NCBI GenBank assembly: GCA_002011125.2
Contig: MTMF02000009.1
Coordinates: forward strand, 1,448,989 to 1,512,988
Length of the DNA: 64,000 nt
Direction of reading: 5' to 3'
DNA from: Candidatus Hydrothermarchaeum profundi
Lineage (GTDB): Archaea > Hydrothermarchaeota > Hydrothermarchaeia > Hydrothermarchaeales > Hydrothermarchaeaceae
The notes beneath the pieces are model-generated. The model worked only from the letters and a program-made list of their open reading frames with translations, ran no database searches and was not told the DNA's origin. Numbering within the stretch: the first letter of the stretch is position 1; each line of letters begins with the position of its first letter. Both the position numbers and the translations under genes were made by a program. This document shows positions 1 to 10,514 of this stretch, one piece after another.

Positions 1-282
1 CATACAGTAGTTGGAGTTTTTCTTTCCGGAATCATAGTTGCTAGCTTCTTTGAAAACCTAAAAACGGCATATATGGGCGTAATACTGGGGGCCTTCACAC
101 ATCTTGTAGCTGATAGTTTTCTATATCCGTGGGGCACCAATATTTGGTTTTTATGGCCGCTGTGGCAGGGTGACCCAGGCACAGGAATCCTGTGGTCTGA
201 CAGTTTTACTCCCTTATTTATAACTTCACTACTTTCTATTTTCGCCTTCACCTATAGAAAAGTAGTAGAATCCAAACTTTAA
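1..282 (+). CDS. Membrane-bound metal-dependent hydrolase (YdjM/DUF457-like), 5'-truncated by window edge
   Basis: Frame 1 is open from base 1 (HTVVGVFLSG...); hydrophobic, with HT and HLVAD motifs and a WLWPL-like segment. Confidence 0.6.
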   Translation, partial: HTVVGVFLSGIIVASFFENLKTAYMGVILGAFTHLVADSFLYPWGTNIWFLWPLWQGDPGTGILWSDSFTPLFITSLLSIFAFTYRKVVESKL

Positions 283-307
283 GTGAAAATTATTTAAATA
301 TCCTACA

Positions 308-1447
308 ATGGAATTGGAAAAAGGTGATAGTTTGAGCTATAAAGTATTAGTTACCGGAGGAGCAGGATTTATAGGATCCCATATAGTTGATAAACTGGTC
401 GATGAAGGACATGAGGTAACAATAATCGATAATTTGGAGCCCCAAGTACATCCTAAAGGCGCTCCAGAGTATGTTAATAGAGAAGCAAAGTTTATTTTAG
501 GCGATGTGAGAGACAGGGAAAAAATAGAGGAGTTAGTTGAAGATTCTGATGTTATATTTCATGAGGCCGCTATGGTAGGAGTCGGACAGAGTATGTACCA
601 GATAGAGAAGTATCTTGAAACTAATGTAATAGGCACTGGCCGACTTTTAGAAATTCTGGCTAACAAAGAGCACAATGTAAAAAAACTTGTCGTAGCCTCT
701 TCTATGAGCATATATGGCGAAGGAAAGTATGAATGTGAAAATTGTGGGGTAGTCTATCCAAAACTAAGGTCAGAGGAGCAGCTTAAAAAAGGAGATTGGG
801 AGATGAACTGTCCCGCTTGTGGAAATAAAGTGTTGCCCCTTCCTACGGATGAAGACAAACCGCTATTTCCTACATCAGTTTATGCTGTATCAAAAAGAGA
901 TCAAGAAGAAATTTGTCTCGCTGTTGGAAAGGCGTATGGTATTCCAACTGTGGCATTGCGCTATTTTAATGTCTATGGTTCAAGACAAAGTCTTTCAAAT
1001 CCCTATACCGGTGTGTGTGCAATATTTTCCTCGAGGGTAAGAAATAATCGGCCACCCATAATATTTGAAGATGGTCTACAAACGAGGGACTTTATTGATG
1101 TAAGGGACATTGTTCAGGCTAATATGCTTGCATTAGAGAAATCTAAAGCTAATTATAACGCCTTTAACGTCGGTACGGGTAAAGCCACTTCTATTCTTGA
1201 GATAGCTAGAATTATAGCAGAACTTTATGAATCGAAATTAAAACCTGAGATAGTCAACAAATATCGGGCGGGGGATATACGGCATTGTTTCGCAAATATT
1301 TCTAAAATAAGGAAAATAGGATTTAAACCAAGTATTGAACTAAAAGACGGAATGAGGAACCTAGCTGCTTGGGGTGAGAGAGAAGAGGCTATAGATAAAT
1401 TTGATGAAGCGCATACAGAACTTCAACGTAGGGGATTGGTATTGTGA
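308..1447 (+). CDS. NAD-dependent NDP-sugar epimerase/dehydratase (extended SDR) with CxxC...CxxC insert
   Basis: VLVTGGAGFIGSH, YAVSK (YxxxK), LRYFNVYG; probable true start is TTG at 332 after GGTGA. Confidence 0.9.
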   Translation: MELEKGDSLSYKVLVTGGAGFIGSHIVDKLVDEGHEVTIIDNLEPQVHPKGAPEYVNREAKFILGDVRDREKIEELVEDSDVIFHEAAMVGVGQSMYQIEKYLETNVIGTGRLLEILANKEHNVKKLVVASSMSIYGEGKYECENCGVVYPKLRSEEQLKKGDWEMNCPACGNKVLPLPTDEDKPLFPTSVYAVSKRDQEEICLAVGKAYGIPTVALRYFNVYGSRQSLSNPYTGVCAIFSSRVRNNRPPIIFEDGLQTRDFIDVRDIVQANMLALEKSKANYNAFNVGTGKATSILEIARIIAELYESKLKPEIVNKYRAGDIRHCFANISKIRKIGFKPSIELKDGMRNLAAWGEREEAIDKFDEAHTELQRRGLVL

Positions 1448-2508
1448 ATAGAATCTTAATAACTGGGGGCGGAGGTTTTATTGGTTCACATGCAGCTGCA
1501 TATTTCGCAAGTGAAGGTAATAAGGTCATTGTATTTGATAATTTGTCAAGGTGGCAGTTTCTTAAAAGCAATGAACGGAGAAAAGAAATTGCGTTATATA
1601 ATTGGAATTACCTAAAGAAATTCGATAATGTTAGATTTATAAAAGGAGATATAAGAAAAAAGCAGGAAATAGAAAAGGCAGCGGAGAAGGTGAATGCTAT
1701 AATACACACAGCTGCTCAAGCCGCTGTAACATATTCCTTTGAGGATCGTAGAGCTGATTTCGAGATAAACGCACTTGGAACTCTTAACGTCCTTGAGGCT
1801 GCAAGAAAATCTAAAGAGAAGCCAGCTGTTATTTACTGCTCTACGAATAAGGTCTATGGGGAGAATGTGAATAAAATTGGTGTAGAAGAAAAAAATGGTC
1901 GGTATGTTTTTCCAACTAAGTATTCGAGAGGTATACCGGAGGATTTCCCAATAGACGGCTGTGGGCATACTCCGTATGGTTGCTCTAAACTGGCAGGAGA
2001 CCTCTATGTACAAGATTATGGTAAGCGTGGAGAGGTAAATAGTGCTATATTTCGAATGGGTTGCATCTATGGTACGAGACAATTTGGAAGCGAGGATCAG
2101 GGATGGGTAGCTCATTTTGTGATTTCGGCGATAAAAGAGAAACCCATAACTATATACGGTGATGGTAAGCAGGTGCGAGATGTTCTATATGTTACTGATT
2201 TAATCAATCTTTTTAAAAAGTTTCTAGACAGGAGAGAAGAATATTTTGGCGAAGTCTTCAATGTGGGCGGGGGGCCTGATAATACTCTTTCTCTCCTAGA
2301 GCTACTACGGATGTTAGAAGAGAAGATTGGGAAAAAACCCACAGTCAACTATTCTGACTGGAGGCCTAGTGATCAAAAAGTATATGTATCTAATATCTCA
2401 AAAGTTAATAGAAAACTAGGATGGAAGCCGAAGGTTGGGGTAGAGGAGGGAGTAGATAATCTAATATCTTTCTTTAAGGAGAATAAAGATATATTGGAGA
2501 AGATTTAG
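1444..2508 (+). CDS. CDP-paratose/CDP-tyvelose 2-epimerase-like SDR
   Basis: GGGGFIGSH, STNKVYG, PYGCSK, EDQGWVAHF, GDGKQVRD and RPSDQ motifs typical of the RfbE/Tyv family. Confidence 0.8.
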   Translation: MNRILITGGGGFIGSHAAAYFASEGNKVIVFDNLSRWQFLKSNERRKEIALYNWNYLKKFDNVRFIKGDIRKKQEIEKAAEKVNAIIHTAAQAAVTYSFEDRRADFEINALGTLNVLEAARKSKEKPAVIYCSTNKVYGENVNKIGVEEKNGRYVFPTKYSRGIPEDFPIDGCGHTPYGCSKLAGDLYVQDYGKRGEVNSAIFRMGCIYGTRQFGSEDQGWVAHFVISAIKEKPITIYGDGKQVRDVLYVTDLINLFKKFLDRREEYFGEVFNVGGGPDNTLSLLELLRMLEEKIGKKPTVNYSDWRPSDQKVYVSNISKVNRKLGWKPKVGVEEGVDNLISFFKENKDILEKI

Positions 2509-2557
2509 CTCTTAAATAGAGAGATAAATCTATTAATACCTAATACTATAATTTATC

Positions 2558-4594
2558 ATGGAATTAAAGTCCCTTTTGAGGGATAAAAGAGAATATATTT
2601 TATTATTAGCAGTATTCTTAATTGCTATTGCTCTTAGGCTGATTACAGCGAAATATGATAGGCTCCTCGGCGCCGATCCTTGGAGGCATTTAAAGATCGC
2701 TGAGCTGTTACTAGAAACAGGGGAATTTCCTCTTTTTTACTCATATACCTTCTATCCTAGAGTTAGTCTTATTGGCTCTTATTCTGGGCTTTATTATCTG
2801 CCGGTGTACATCTACAAAATATTAGAGGTTTTTGAAGTTTCTTTTTTCAAAGTTTTCCAGCTACTACCAGCCATATTCGGAGCTTTGAGTGTAGCTCCAT
2901 TATACATGCTTGTAAAAGAACTATTTGATAAAAGAGTTGGATTACTCTCTGCGTTGTTGATTGCGATATCTCCTGCGAATCTAGAAAGGAGCCTTGCCGG
3001 ATATTACAGAGGTGACGTATTTATGGTTTTTTTTATGCTTTTAGCGTTCTATTTTTTTGTAATCTCCGTCAAAAGAAACATAGTGTTCTCACTTTTAAGC
3101 GGAATTTTTCTTTTTGTATGCAATCTATTTTGGGATGGCTGGCCTTTTGCCTTTGTCGTGATTTCATTAGCGTTTGTCTTAGGAATAATCTTTAACTATT
3201 TTAAATCCCTATCTTCTAAGAATTTAATAATCGTTTATATAGTATCTTTCACTCTTGGACTATCTCTTATATACATTTATAAGCAGCATTTTTATCAATA
3301 TACGATATGGCATCTTTTAAAGCCTCAGGTAATTTCTGTGGGTAAATTGTTTTTACTCAGTCTACTTGTAGTTTTACTCGAGCCCCTTAATAGGCTTACT
3401 CTACGTAAAAAGGCTCAGATAAAAATGGTTCTTTTTTTCCTTGTTTTAGTGCTCACATCTGCCCTCGCTTATTATTTTGGTTTACTACATAATGTTTTAA
3501 GATTCGCGGATACTCTTATACATTGGAGTACGGGGGTAGAGTCAGCCTCCACATATAGTAAAAATATCACTGAAATGCAAAAAATCACATTGAGCTACTT
3601 ATTTAGGGTCTACTATTTTCCTATACTCCTTCTTCCCTTAGGGTTATTTTCAATTATTCGAAAGCTCGATTTTGGGTCTGTTTTTACGATAGGGTTGTTT
3701 TTTACATCTGTACTGACTTTTATATGGATAGTTAGGTTTACTTTTTTAGCTTCACCTGCTGTGCTAATATTGCTCGCAATAGGAATCGCATCTCTGCCGA
3801 GTAGACGAAAAATAGTTCCCTTCTTCTTGTCATTGCTATTTGCTTCTACTGCCGTTTATTCGTTAGGATTTACATCGGAAGTGGAGCCGTTAATTTATCC
3901 TGAGTTATATCAAGCTTTAAACTGGATTAGGGAAAATACTCCCGATGATGCAGTTATAGGAACATGGTGGCATTATACTGGAGCTGTAAACGCCATAGCG
4001 GATAGAAGGGTGCCAGAGCTAACTACTCCAACCACTATAACACGTGGGTTCGCAACTTTATTATGTACGGATGATGAAGATGAAGCAATAGAAATTGCCA
4101 TTTCACGAGGATTAGATTACATAATCGTTGATAGAGGGCTTTATTTATTATGGAACGTGATTCTAAATTACTGTGATGCTGGGAACCACATTCTTAGAGA
4201 CTCAATGCTAAGCAAGTTTTACAAAGAAGAAAGATTACATAATTTCCGTTTAGAATACAGCAATAACAAAGTTAGGGTATATGCGCCTGTTTATCACTAC
4301 GCTAAGTTTAGGGTGATCAGTGACAAGTTTATCTATAAAGCTGGTCAAAAAATCATTCTCACTTTAAATGGACGTTCCAATATTAGGGAGGTAGGAGATA
4401 TAAAATCAGAGATCAACATTATAGACAGCGAGGATAACTCGGTATTTAGGAAAATTCTTAATCTTAATTTAAACGAGTCTACCACTATGGATATCTCAAT
4501 GAACCTTCCTAAAGGCCGATATAGAGTTAATGTAAATGTCTACGTAGATAAAAGGTATCTCGGTTGGGCTTACACTACATTTGTGGTGATGTAG
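2558..4594 (+). CDS. aglB: STT3/AglB-family oligosaccharyltransferase-like protein (divergent)
   Basis: Multi-TM N-terminal half with ADPWRH, YYRGD and NITEMQ; ALNWIRENTPDDAVIGTWWHY...ADR soluble domain; C-terminal beta-sandwich-like tail. Confidence 0.8.
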   Translation: MELKSLLRDKREYILLLAVFLIAIALRLITAKYDRLLGADPWRHLKIAELLLETGEFPLFYSYTFYPRVSLIGSYSGLYYLPVYIYKILEVFEVSFFKVFQLLPAIFGALSVAPLYMLVKELFDKRVGLLSALLIAISPANLERSLAGYYRGDVFMVFFMLLAFYFFVISVKRNIVFSLLSGIFLFVCNLFWDGWPFAFVVISLAFVLGIIFNYFKSLSSKNLIIVYIVSFTLGLSLIYIYKQHFYQYTIWHLLKPQVISVGKLFLLSLLVVLLEPLNRLTLRKKAQIKMVLFFLVLVLTSALAYYFGLLHNVLRFADTLIHWSTGVESASTYSKNITEMQKITLSYLFRVYYFPILLLPLGLFSIIRKLDFGSVFTIGLFFTSVLTFIWIVRFTFLASPAVLILLAIGIASLPSRRKIVPFFLSLLFASTAVYSLGFTSEVEPLIYPELYQALNWIRENTPDDAVIGTWWHYTGAVNAIADRRVPELTTPTTITRGFATLLCTDDEDEAIEIAISRGLDYIIVDRGLYLLWNVILNYCDAGNHILRDSMLSKFYKEERLHNFRLEYSNNKVRVYAPVYHYAKFRVISDKFIYKAGQKIILTLNGRSNIREVGDIKSEINIIDSEDNSVFRKILNLNLNESTTMDISMNLPKGRYRVNVNVYVDKRYLGWAYTTFVVM

Positions 4595-4595
4595 T

Positions 4596-4994
4596 TTGAA
4601 ATACGAATATGTTATCATTTTGACAACAATTTCAATATTTATTTTAGGTATAGCTTTGCATCCTGCTCCAAAAGAGAGATTTACAATTTTACATTTTACA
4701 GAGCCGATGTCTTTGCAAGAGATAATCAAAATAAATCAACCATTTTATGTGAATTTTACTGTTATTAATCATGAGTATGCGGATCATGAATATCGATATG
4801 AGATATTGTTAGGTGATAAAAAGATCAAAGAGGGCACTATAGCTTTATCTCATAATGAGTCTAAAGAAGTTTCGGAAACAATAATTGCAAAGGAACCAAA
4901 AAATAGAACAATGGTATCTATTCGGCTGTACAAAGACGGTTTGAGCACTCCTTACCGAAGCCTTAGATATCTTGTGAATATTACTGAGGGATAA
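4596..4994 (+). CDS. DUF1616-like membrane-anchored protein
   Basis: N-terminal TM, ERFT and VINHEY motifs, C-terminal PYRSL; typical of archaeal glycosylation loci. Confidence 0.6.
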   Translation: MKYEYVIILTTISIFILGIALHPAPKERFTILHFTEPMSLQEIIKINQPFYVNFTVINHEYADHEYRYEILLGDKKIKEGTIALSHNESKEVSETIIAKEPKNRTMVSIRLYKDGLSTPYRSLRYLVNITEG

Positions 4995-4995
4995 A

Positions 4996-6180
4996 ATGAA
5001 GATAGCATTGATACATGAGTCGCCTTACACGCCAGGCAAATGGAGGAGGTTTGACCTACTTTACAAGTACTTAAAGGAGCATGGGCGTCAAGTTAAAATT
5101 ATTGCATTTTCAGACTCGGAGCCAAGGATAGATGATCTGATAAATATACAGCTTCCACCATTACATAGAATGATCGGTACTTTTTTTTATTTCTTAACTC
5201 TGCGTTATCTATCAAATCCAGTCCGGCTCTTTAAATGTTGTCTAGAATTGAGAAGAATTCGACCTGATGTTATCTTATTCCATTATTATGATCTCGGACT
5301 TTTTCTGATTTCATTTAGATTCTTGTTTAAACAGTCGATCTTAGTATACGATCTTAATGACCTAAATATTAGGATGAGATATTATAAAAAAGATAAAAAA
5401 CTCTTATTTAGAATTTTTGCATGGATTGAAGAGGTCTTTATTCCAAAAAAAGTAGATAAGGTGATAACTCCTACAGATTTTGGAAAAAAATACCTTATAG
5501 ATAAGGGGATAACTCCAGAAAAAATCTTTGTATTAAATGAATTGGTCGATAGGGGGTCTTTTTACGATGGCGAGGCGCAGAGGAGTAGACTGACTTCTTT
5601 TATAAATCCTAAACGGGAGAAGATTGTCATATGGCATGGAGTTATACGCCATTATCAAGTAGATGCAATTGTCACTATAATGAAGGGCATGTCCCTTGCT
5701 CAGAAAGAAATTCAAAATCTAAAACTTTTAATAGCTGGGCCTATTGAAGACATGAGTTCTAAAGAAAAACTATTTTCTCTGGCAAATCAACTGAAAATAA
5801 GTGTAAAGTTCACTGGCAGAGTTCCTGCCTCGCAGATACCGAGTATATTAAATTCTGCCCATATAGGCGTACAAGCTCTACCAAATGAACTTTTTTTGAG
5901 GTATATAAATGGAGTCAAACTTGCAGAATATATCTGTGCTGGTTTGCCCGTCTTATGCTCAAATTTGGAAGGACCCGCAGAGCTGGTGAGAGGAAATGGC
6001 TTTTTGTTTAAACCAAACGACTCTGAGGATCTAGCAGATAAACTGCTAAAGATTCTCAGGAGCGATTACCAACAATTAATAGAGAGTTCTAACAGAATCG
6101 CAGAGGAGGAGTTTTCTGAAAAGGCGATTAGAAGAAAAATAAGAGAAATGGAGAGATTTTTGAAATGGTCAGTGACATAG
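4996..6180 (+). CDS. Glycosyltransferase family 4 (GT-B)
   Basis: KLAEYICAGLPVLCS...EL motif. Confidence 0.85.
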   Translation: MKIALIHESPYTPGKWRRFDLLYKYLKEHGRQVKIIAFSDSEPRIDDLINIQLPPLHRMIGTFFYFLTLRYLSNPVRLFKCCLELRRIRPDVILFHYYDLGLFLISFRFLFKQSILVYDLNDLNIRMRYYKKDKKLLFRIFAWIEEVFIPKKVDKVITPTDFGKKYLIDKGITPEKIFVLNELVDRGSFYDGEAQRSRLTSFINPKREKIVIWHGVIRHYQVDAIVTIMKGMSLAQKEIQNLKLLIAGPIEDMSSKEKLFSLANQLKISVKFTGRVPASQIPSILNSAHIGVQALPNELFLRYINGVKLAEYICAGLPVLCSNLEGPAELVRGNGFLFKPNDSEDLADKLLKILRSDYQQLIESSNRIAEEEFSEKAIRRKIREMERFLKWSVT

Positions 6181-6265
6181 AGCTTGGTAGTAGTATAGTT
6201 AGCCTAACCTATATTCCTTCAAAATACTCAGCGAAAATTGAAAGTCTTTATGGGATTGTTATAAG

Positions 6266-7741
6266 GTGAGGATATTGAGTAATATAACTTCAAGACTCGT
6301 ACGTGGGACTAAGTATTCTTTTTTAAGTTTAGTTATCGTTACATTAATCACAAGCATTCAGTCTATAATAGTTGCAAGATTATTAGGTCCTGAGAATCTA
6401 GGAATATTCACAATACTCAATAATTTACAAGGCACCGTAGCATTACTGGCGACTTTTGGCATTCCCGCAGCTACTATAAAATTTGTTGCTGAGTTTAATG
6501 CTACAGATAGGACAACTCTCGAAAGAGCGATTTCCACTTCTTTTTTTTTAATATCACCTATCGCAATATTGATCTCAATCATTTATTTTTTAAGTGCAAA
6601 GATCATCGCTCTCCGACTCTATCATGAGCAGATTTTAGTTGCATTAATAATGGTCTCAGCTATAACCGTTGTTATTCTATCTATGTTCTCCCCCCTTCAA
6701 TCAATCTTACAAGGATTTCATAAAATAGAGCTTTTCTCAAGGTTGAACATCCTGAATTCTTTTATCTCTCTTCCTATCATTATATATTTTGTATTTAAGT
6801 ATGGGTTGATTGGAGCTGTTATCGGGGCCCTTATCACTGCAGTGATCAAAACAGCGATAAATTTTAGATTTGTTTATAAAGTCCTGAAAGAAAAAAAAGT
6901 TAACTTTCAATTTAATATTGATCAAAAAATAGCTAAAAAAATGTTGAATTATGGTTTTCCTACTCTTTTATCAGGCATCGTCGTTATTCCTGCTTTTTGG
7001 TTTGCCAACACAACCTTAGCACTTAAAAGCGGATTTGGGCAAGTAGGATTATTCGGAGTAGCGAAAACCTTGTCAAATTTTCTAATGTTTATCCCCTCTG
7101 CAATTGCTGTTCCTTTAGTGCCTTTAATTTCAGAACTCCATGCCATTGATCCGAGAGAAATGTCGAACTTAGTTTCAAGGATCTTTAGATTAGTTGGATT
7201 ATTTCTATTACCTCTAGTTTTAATATTAGGTCTATATTCTAGAAATATAATTTCTATAGTATATGGAGATCAATTTTATGATGCGTGGTATATCCTGTTC
7301 TTCATGGCTTTTACAACATTTCTTATAGCTCTTGGATCTATTATAGGATATGTGATGTTAGGAATAGGGAAGATGTGGGAAGCATTTGCTGTAAATCTGT
7401 TTTGGATGAGTGTGTTCATTCCTTCATCATATTTCCTTGTACTGAACTATAGTTTAGACGGGCTAGGATACGCCTATCTTCTTTCCTATATATTATTTAC
7501 TGCATTGGTAATGATTTATGGTACTAAAAAATTAAATATAAAATTTAAAAATTTGGAACCGTTAGTAATATTCAGTACTTCATCTTTTGTACTAAGTTTT
7601 TTTATTCTAAGTTACCTAAGTGGTATTTTATTTTATATCTCATCTTTAGTATTTTTAATCGGTTTGATTTGCCTTGAATACGCAACATTAGTAAAAGAAG
7701 ACAAAGAATTGTTGTTTAAAAGTATTCGGGGTCTCTTATGA
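6266..7741 (+). CDS. Wzx/MOP-family oligosaccharide flippase
   Basis: IVARLLGPENLGIF motif, 12-14 predicted TM segments. Confidence 0.9.
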   Translation: MRILSNITSRLVRGTKYSFLSLVIVTLITSIQSIIVARLLGPENLGIFTILNNLQGTVALLATFGIPAATIKFVAEFNATDRTTLERAISTSFFLISPIAILISIIYFLSAKIIALRLYHEQILVALIMVSAITVVILSMFSPLQSILQGFHKIELFSRLNILNSFISLPIIIYFVFKYGLIGAVIGALITAVIKTAINFRFVYKVLKEKKVNFQFNIDQKIAKKMLNYGFPTLLSGIVVIPAFWFANTTLALKSGFGQVGLFGVAKTLSNFLMFIPSAIAVPLVPLISELHAIDPREMSNLVSRIFRLVGLFLLPLVLILGLYSRNIISIVYGDQFYDAWYILFFMAFTTFLIALGSIIGYVMLGIGKMWEAFAVNLFWMSVFIPSSYFLVLNYSLDGLGYAYLLSYILFTALVMIYGTKKLNIKFKNLEPLVIFSTSSFVLSFFILSYLSGILFYISSLVFLIGLICLEYATLVKEDKELLFKSIRGLL

Positions 7742-8484
7742 AACTATTGAGCAATGATGTAAAAAACTATTTTAAGAAACATGGAACAGTTTCTAGTTGG
7801 TGGAATCCTGAGGAAGGTGAACTCAAATTTCATTATGAAAAAGAGATCATAATACTAGAAGAGAATTTTGAGATACAGTCTAATTGGTCTGTACTCGATG
7901 TAGGAACGGGGAGAGGTAGATTCGCGATTTGGTTTGCAAAAAGAGGCTGTAAAGTCACTGCTTTAGACATTAGCGAAGAGATGTTAGAGATAGCAAGAAA
8001 AAATGCCAAATTAGAGGGAGTCCAGGAAAAAATAGATTTTGTTTTAGGAGATGCTGAGGATTTATCTAACGTCGGAAAGGAGTTTAATGTTGTTTGTTGT
8101 ATGGAACTTTTCGATCATCTCCCAAATCTAGACAAGGCCGTTAGAAAGATGGCTAATAAACTTGTTACAGGTGGATATTTCTTGTTTACATATGTATCTG
8201 AGGACTCGGTTTATTGGAAACTTGCTAATAGAGCTTCTAAATCGAATCTTGCAAGAGCGTACAATACCAATTATCTCCTAAAAATCTTAAATGGTAATAA
8301 TATAAAAGTAGTTAATCTATTTGGAGTTGGCTTACTTTTTCCTGTTAGAATAATCTACCACCTTTTCATACCAATTTGGATGTGTAAACTTGAAAAAAAA
8401 TTAAAGCCATATTATCATCATCCTTTTTTTGTTAAGAGATGCACCCATGTGTTGGGAATAGGGGTTAAAATGTGTAAAAGATGA
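7738..8484 (+). CDS. Class I SAM-dependent methyltransferase
   Basis: VLDVGTGRGRF, ALDISEEML, GDAEDL. Confidence 0.9.
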   Translation: MKLLSNDVKNYFKKHGTVSSWWNPEEGELKFHYEKEIIILEENFEIQSNWSVLDVGTGRGRFAIWFAKRGCKVTALDISEEMLEIARKNAKLEGVQEKIDFVLGDAEDLSNVGKEFNVVCCMELFDHLPNLDKAVRKMANKLVTGGYFLFTYVSEDSVYWKLANRASKSNLARAYNTNYLLKILNGNNIKVVNLFGVGLLFPVRIIYHLFIPIWMCKLEKKLKPYYHHPFFVKRCTHVLGIGVKMCKR

Positions 8485-8488
8485 TGTA

Positions 8489-9235
8489 ATGGAGGATAAT
8501 TTTTTGAAGTCAAACCACTCTCAGCGGAGTACAAAAGTGTGGGATGATTTTTGGAGAAATCATGAAGCTTCCGAATGGGATAGCATTTCTCAATTAGTAT
8601 TTAATGTACTATTAAAAGAGATTTTTGATTTCAAAAATAAGAAAATCCTCGAAGCTGGAAGCGGTTCCGGGCGAATATCATTAAAAGTTGCAGAGAAAGG
8701 TGCTAAAGTCTTTCTGTTAGATTATTCTGAAAGCGCAGTTACACTAAGCAAAAGAAATTCTTCAAAGAAAAAGATTAAATCAGAAATTGTACGTGCTTCT
8801 ATCTTTAACATTCCTTTTAAAGAAAATGTCTTTGATATTGTTTGGAACGCAGGCGTTTTAGAACATTTTTCTGAGGAGAAACAAATTAAGGCGTTAGAAG
8901 AAATGAGAGCCGTTTGCAAAAAAAAAGGCAAAATTATTACTATGAATCCTTATGTGCGTGCTTATTTTTACAGACTTGGTAAATGGTATGCAAAAAGAAC
9001 AGGAAAATGGGAAGTTGGCTACGAAAAACCTATTAAAACGTTAGGAAAAAAGTTAGAAGATTTAGACATTAAAATTAAAAACGAATATAATACCGGATTT
9101 ATGGAGTCGGTAGACTTTTTAGGATATATCCCATACACTACTTATCTCACTCCCATTATTCGAAAATTAAAGAAGATCTTCACCTCTTTAGGAGTTGGAG
9201 GATACTTATTAATCACAGTTGGCGAGAAAAAATGA
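8489..9235 (+). CDS. Class I SAM-dependent methyltransferase
   Basis: ILEAGSGSG, FDIVWNAGVLEHF. Confidence 0.9.
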   Translation: MEDNFLKSNHSQRSTKVWDDFWRNHEASEWDSISQLVFNVLLKEIFDFKNKKILEAGSGSGRISLKVAEKGAKVFLLDYSESAVTLSKRNSSKKKIKSEIVRASIFNIPFKENVFDIVWNAGVLEHFSEEKQIKALEEMRAVCKKKGKIITMNPYVRAYFYRLGKWYAKRTGKWEVGYEKPIKTLGKKLEDLDIKIKNEYNTGFMESVDFLGYIPYTTYLTPIIRKLKKIFTSLGVGGYLLITVGEKK

Positions 9236-10449
9236 AAATCCTACTATTGACTATTTGGCCGTACCCCCATATTGGAGGGGGTTCAACGCATATGAGAGTC
9301 CTAGGCGAAGGACTTTCTAAGTTAGGATATGATGTTGATTATTTTTCACCATCATATTTTAATAAAAATATAAAGTTTTTCATTGGCGGAACTTTGCAGA
9401 TTTTGAAAAAGTTCGCTGGTAAAAAAGAGGCTTACATTGCTGTTGACATATTTTTTAAAAAAATATTTATGTCCTTGTATCTAGTTGTAAAACAAATAAA
9501 AAATGAATATACCATAATTAATGCTCAGGATGTGTGGAGTTACAATTCAACGTTTTTGATAAGAAAAATTTTTAGAGTTCCAGTATTACTAACTGTACAT
9601 ACATATTATACCTACGAAATTATTTCGGAAGGCTTAGTCAAAAATAACTCCTTTTCAATGAGATTCTTAATAGACGAAGAGCGGAAAGCATACAAATCAA
9701 CCGTGAAAATCATCAGCGTAGATAGGAAGATTAAGGAATATATCGTAAGTAAATTTAAAGTTTCTTCAGAAAAAATCAACGTAATAAAGAATTTTGTAAA
9801 TATAGATGAATTCTATCCTCAGAGCAGAAATAAATTACAAAAATATCAAAAAAAATTTAAAATTCCTAGCAACAAAAAAATTATACTCTGTGCGAGACGT
9901 TTAGTACCTAAAAATGGTGTCATATATGCTGCTTTCGCAGCCAAAATTTTAAAACAGAAATTAGGAGACACATTCGTCATTGTTTATGCTGGCGACGGTC
10001 CAGAAAAAATTAAAATTGAAGAGTATATTAAGAAAAATGATTTACAGTCTAATGTTATGTTTCTCGGCGCCATTCCACACAACGATATGAAATTTTTGTA
10101 TAACTTAGCAGATGTAGTGATAATTCCATCAGTTAATATAGCCGGCGTTGAGGAAGCAACATCTATTACTGCCTTGGAAGCTATGGCATCCGGCGTGCCT
10201 GTGATCGCATCGAGAATTGGAGGATTAGTAGAAATTATTGATAATGGAACAACCGGGTTCTTGGTAAAAGAAAGGGATCCTGAGGAATTGAGTAATAAAA
10301 TCATAGAAGTTCTGAATAGCGATATTAGCTCCATTTTATTAAATGCAAGAGAGAATATTGTTAAAAACTATTCTCATACAGAGAGAGCGAGGAAATTTTT
10401 AGGATATTATGAGGAGATTATCAGTCAAAATAACGATCGCTTGCGTTGA
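9232..10449 (+). CDS. Glycosyltransferase family 4
   Basis: RRLVPKNG, EATSITALEAMASGVPVIAS. Confidence 0.9.
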   Translation: MKILLLTIWPYPHIGGGSTHMRVLGEGLSKLGYDVDYFSPSYFNKNIKFFIGGTLQILKKFAGKKEAYIAVDIFFKKIFMSLYLVVKQIKNEYTIINAQDVWSYNSTFLIRKIFRVPVLLTVHTYYTYEIISEGLVKNNSFSMRFLIDEERKAYKSTVKIISVDRKIKEYIVSKFKVSSEKINVIKNFVNIDEFYPQSRNKLQKYQKKFKIPSNKKIILCARRLVPKNGVIYAAFAAKILKQKLGDTFVIVYAGDGPEKIKIEEYIKKNDLQSNVMFLGAIPHNDMKFLYNLADVVIIPSVNIAGVEEATSITALEAMASGVPVIASRIGGLVEIIDNGTTGFLVKERDPEELSNKIIEVLNSDISSILLNARENIVKNYSHTERARKFLGYYEEIISQNNDRLR

Positions 10450-10514
10450 TCTAGATAATTTAAGAAGAAGCGTATTATACCTACTTTCACATATATTCTT
10501 TCACAGAAATAATT

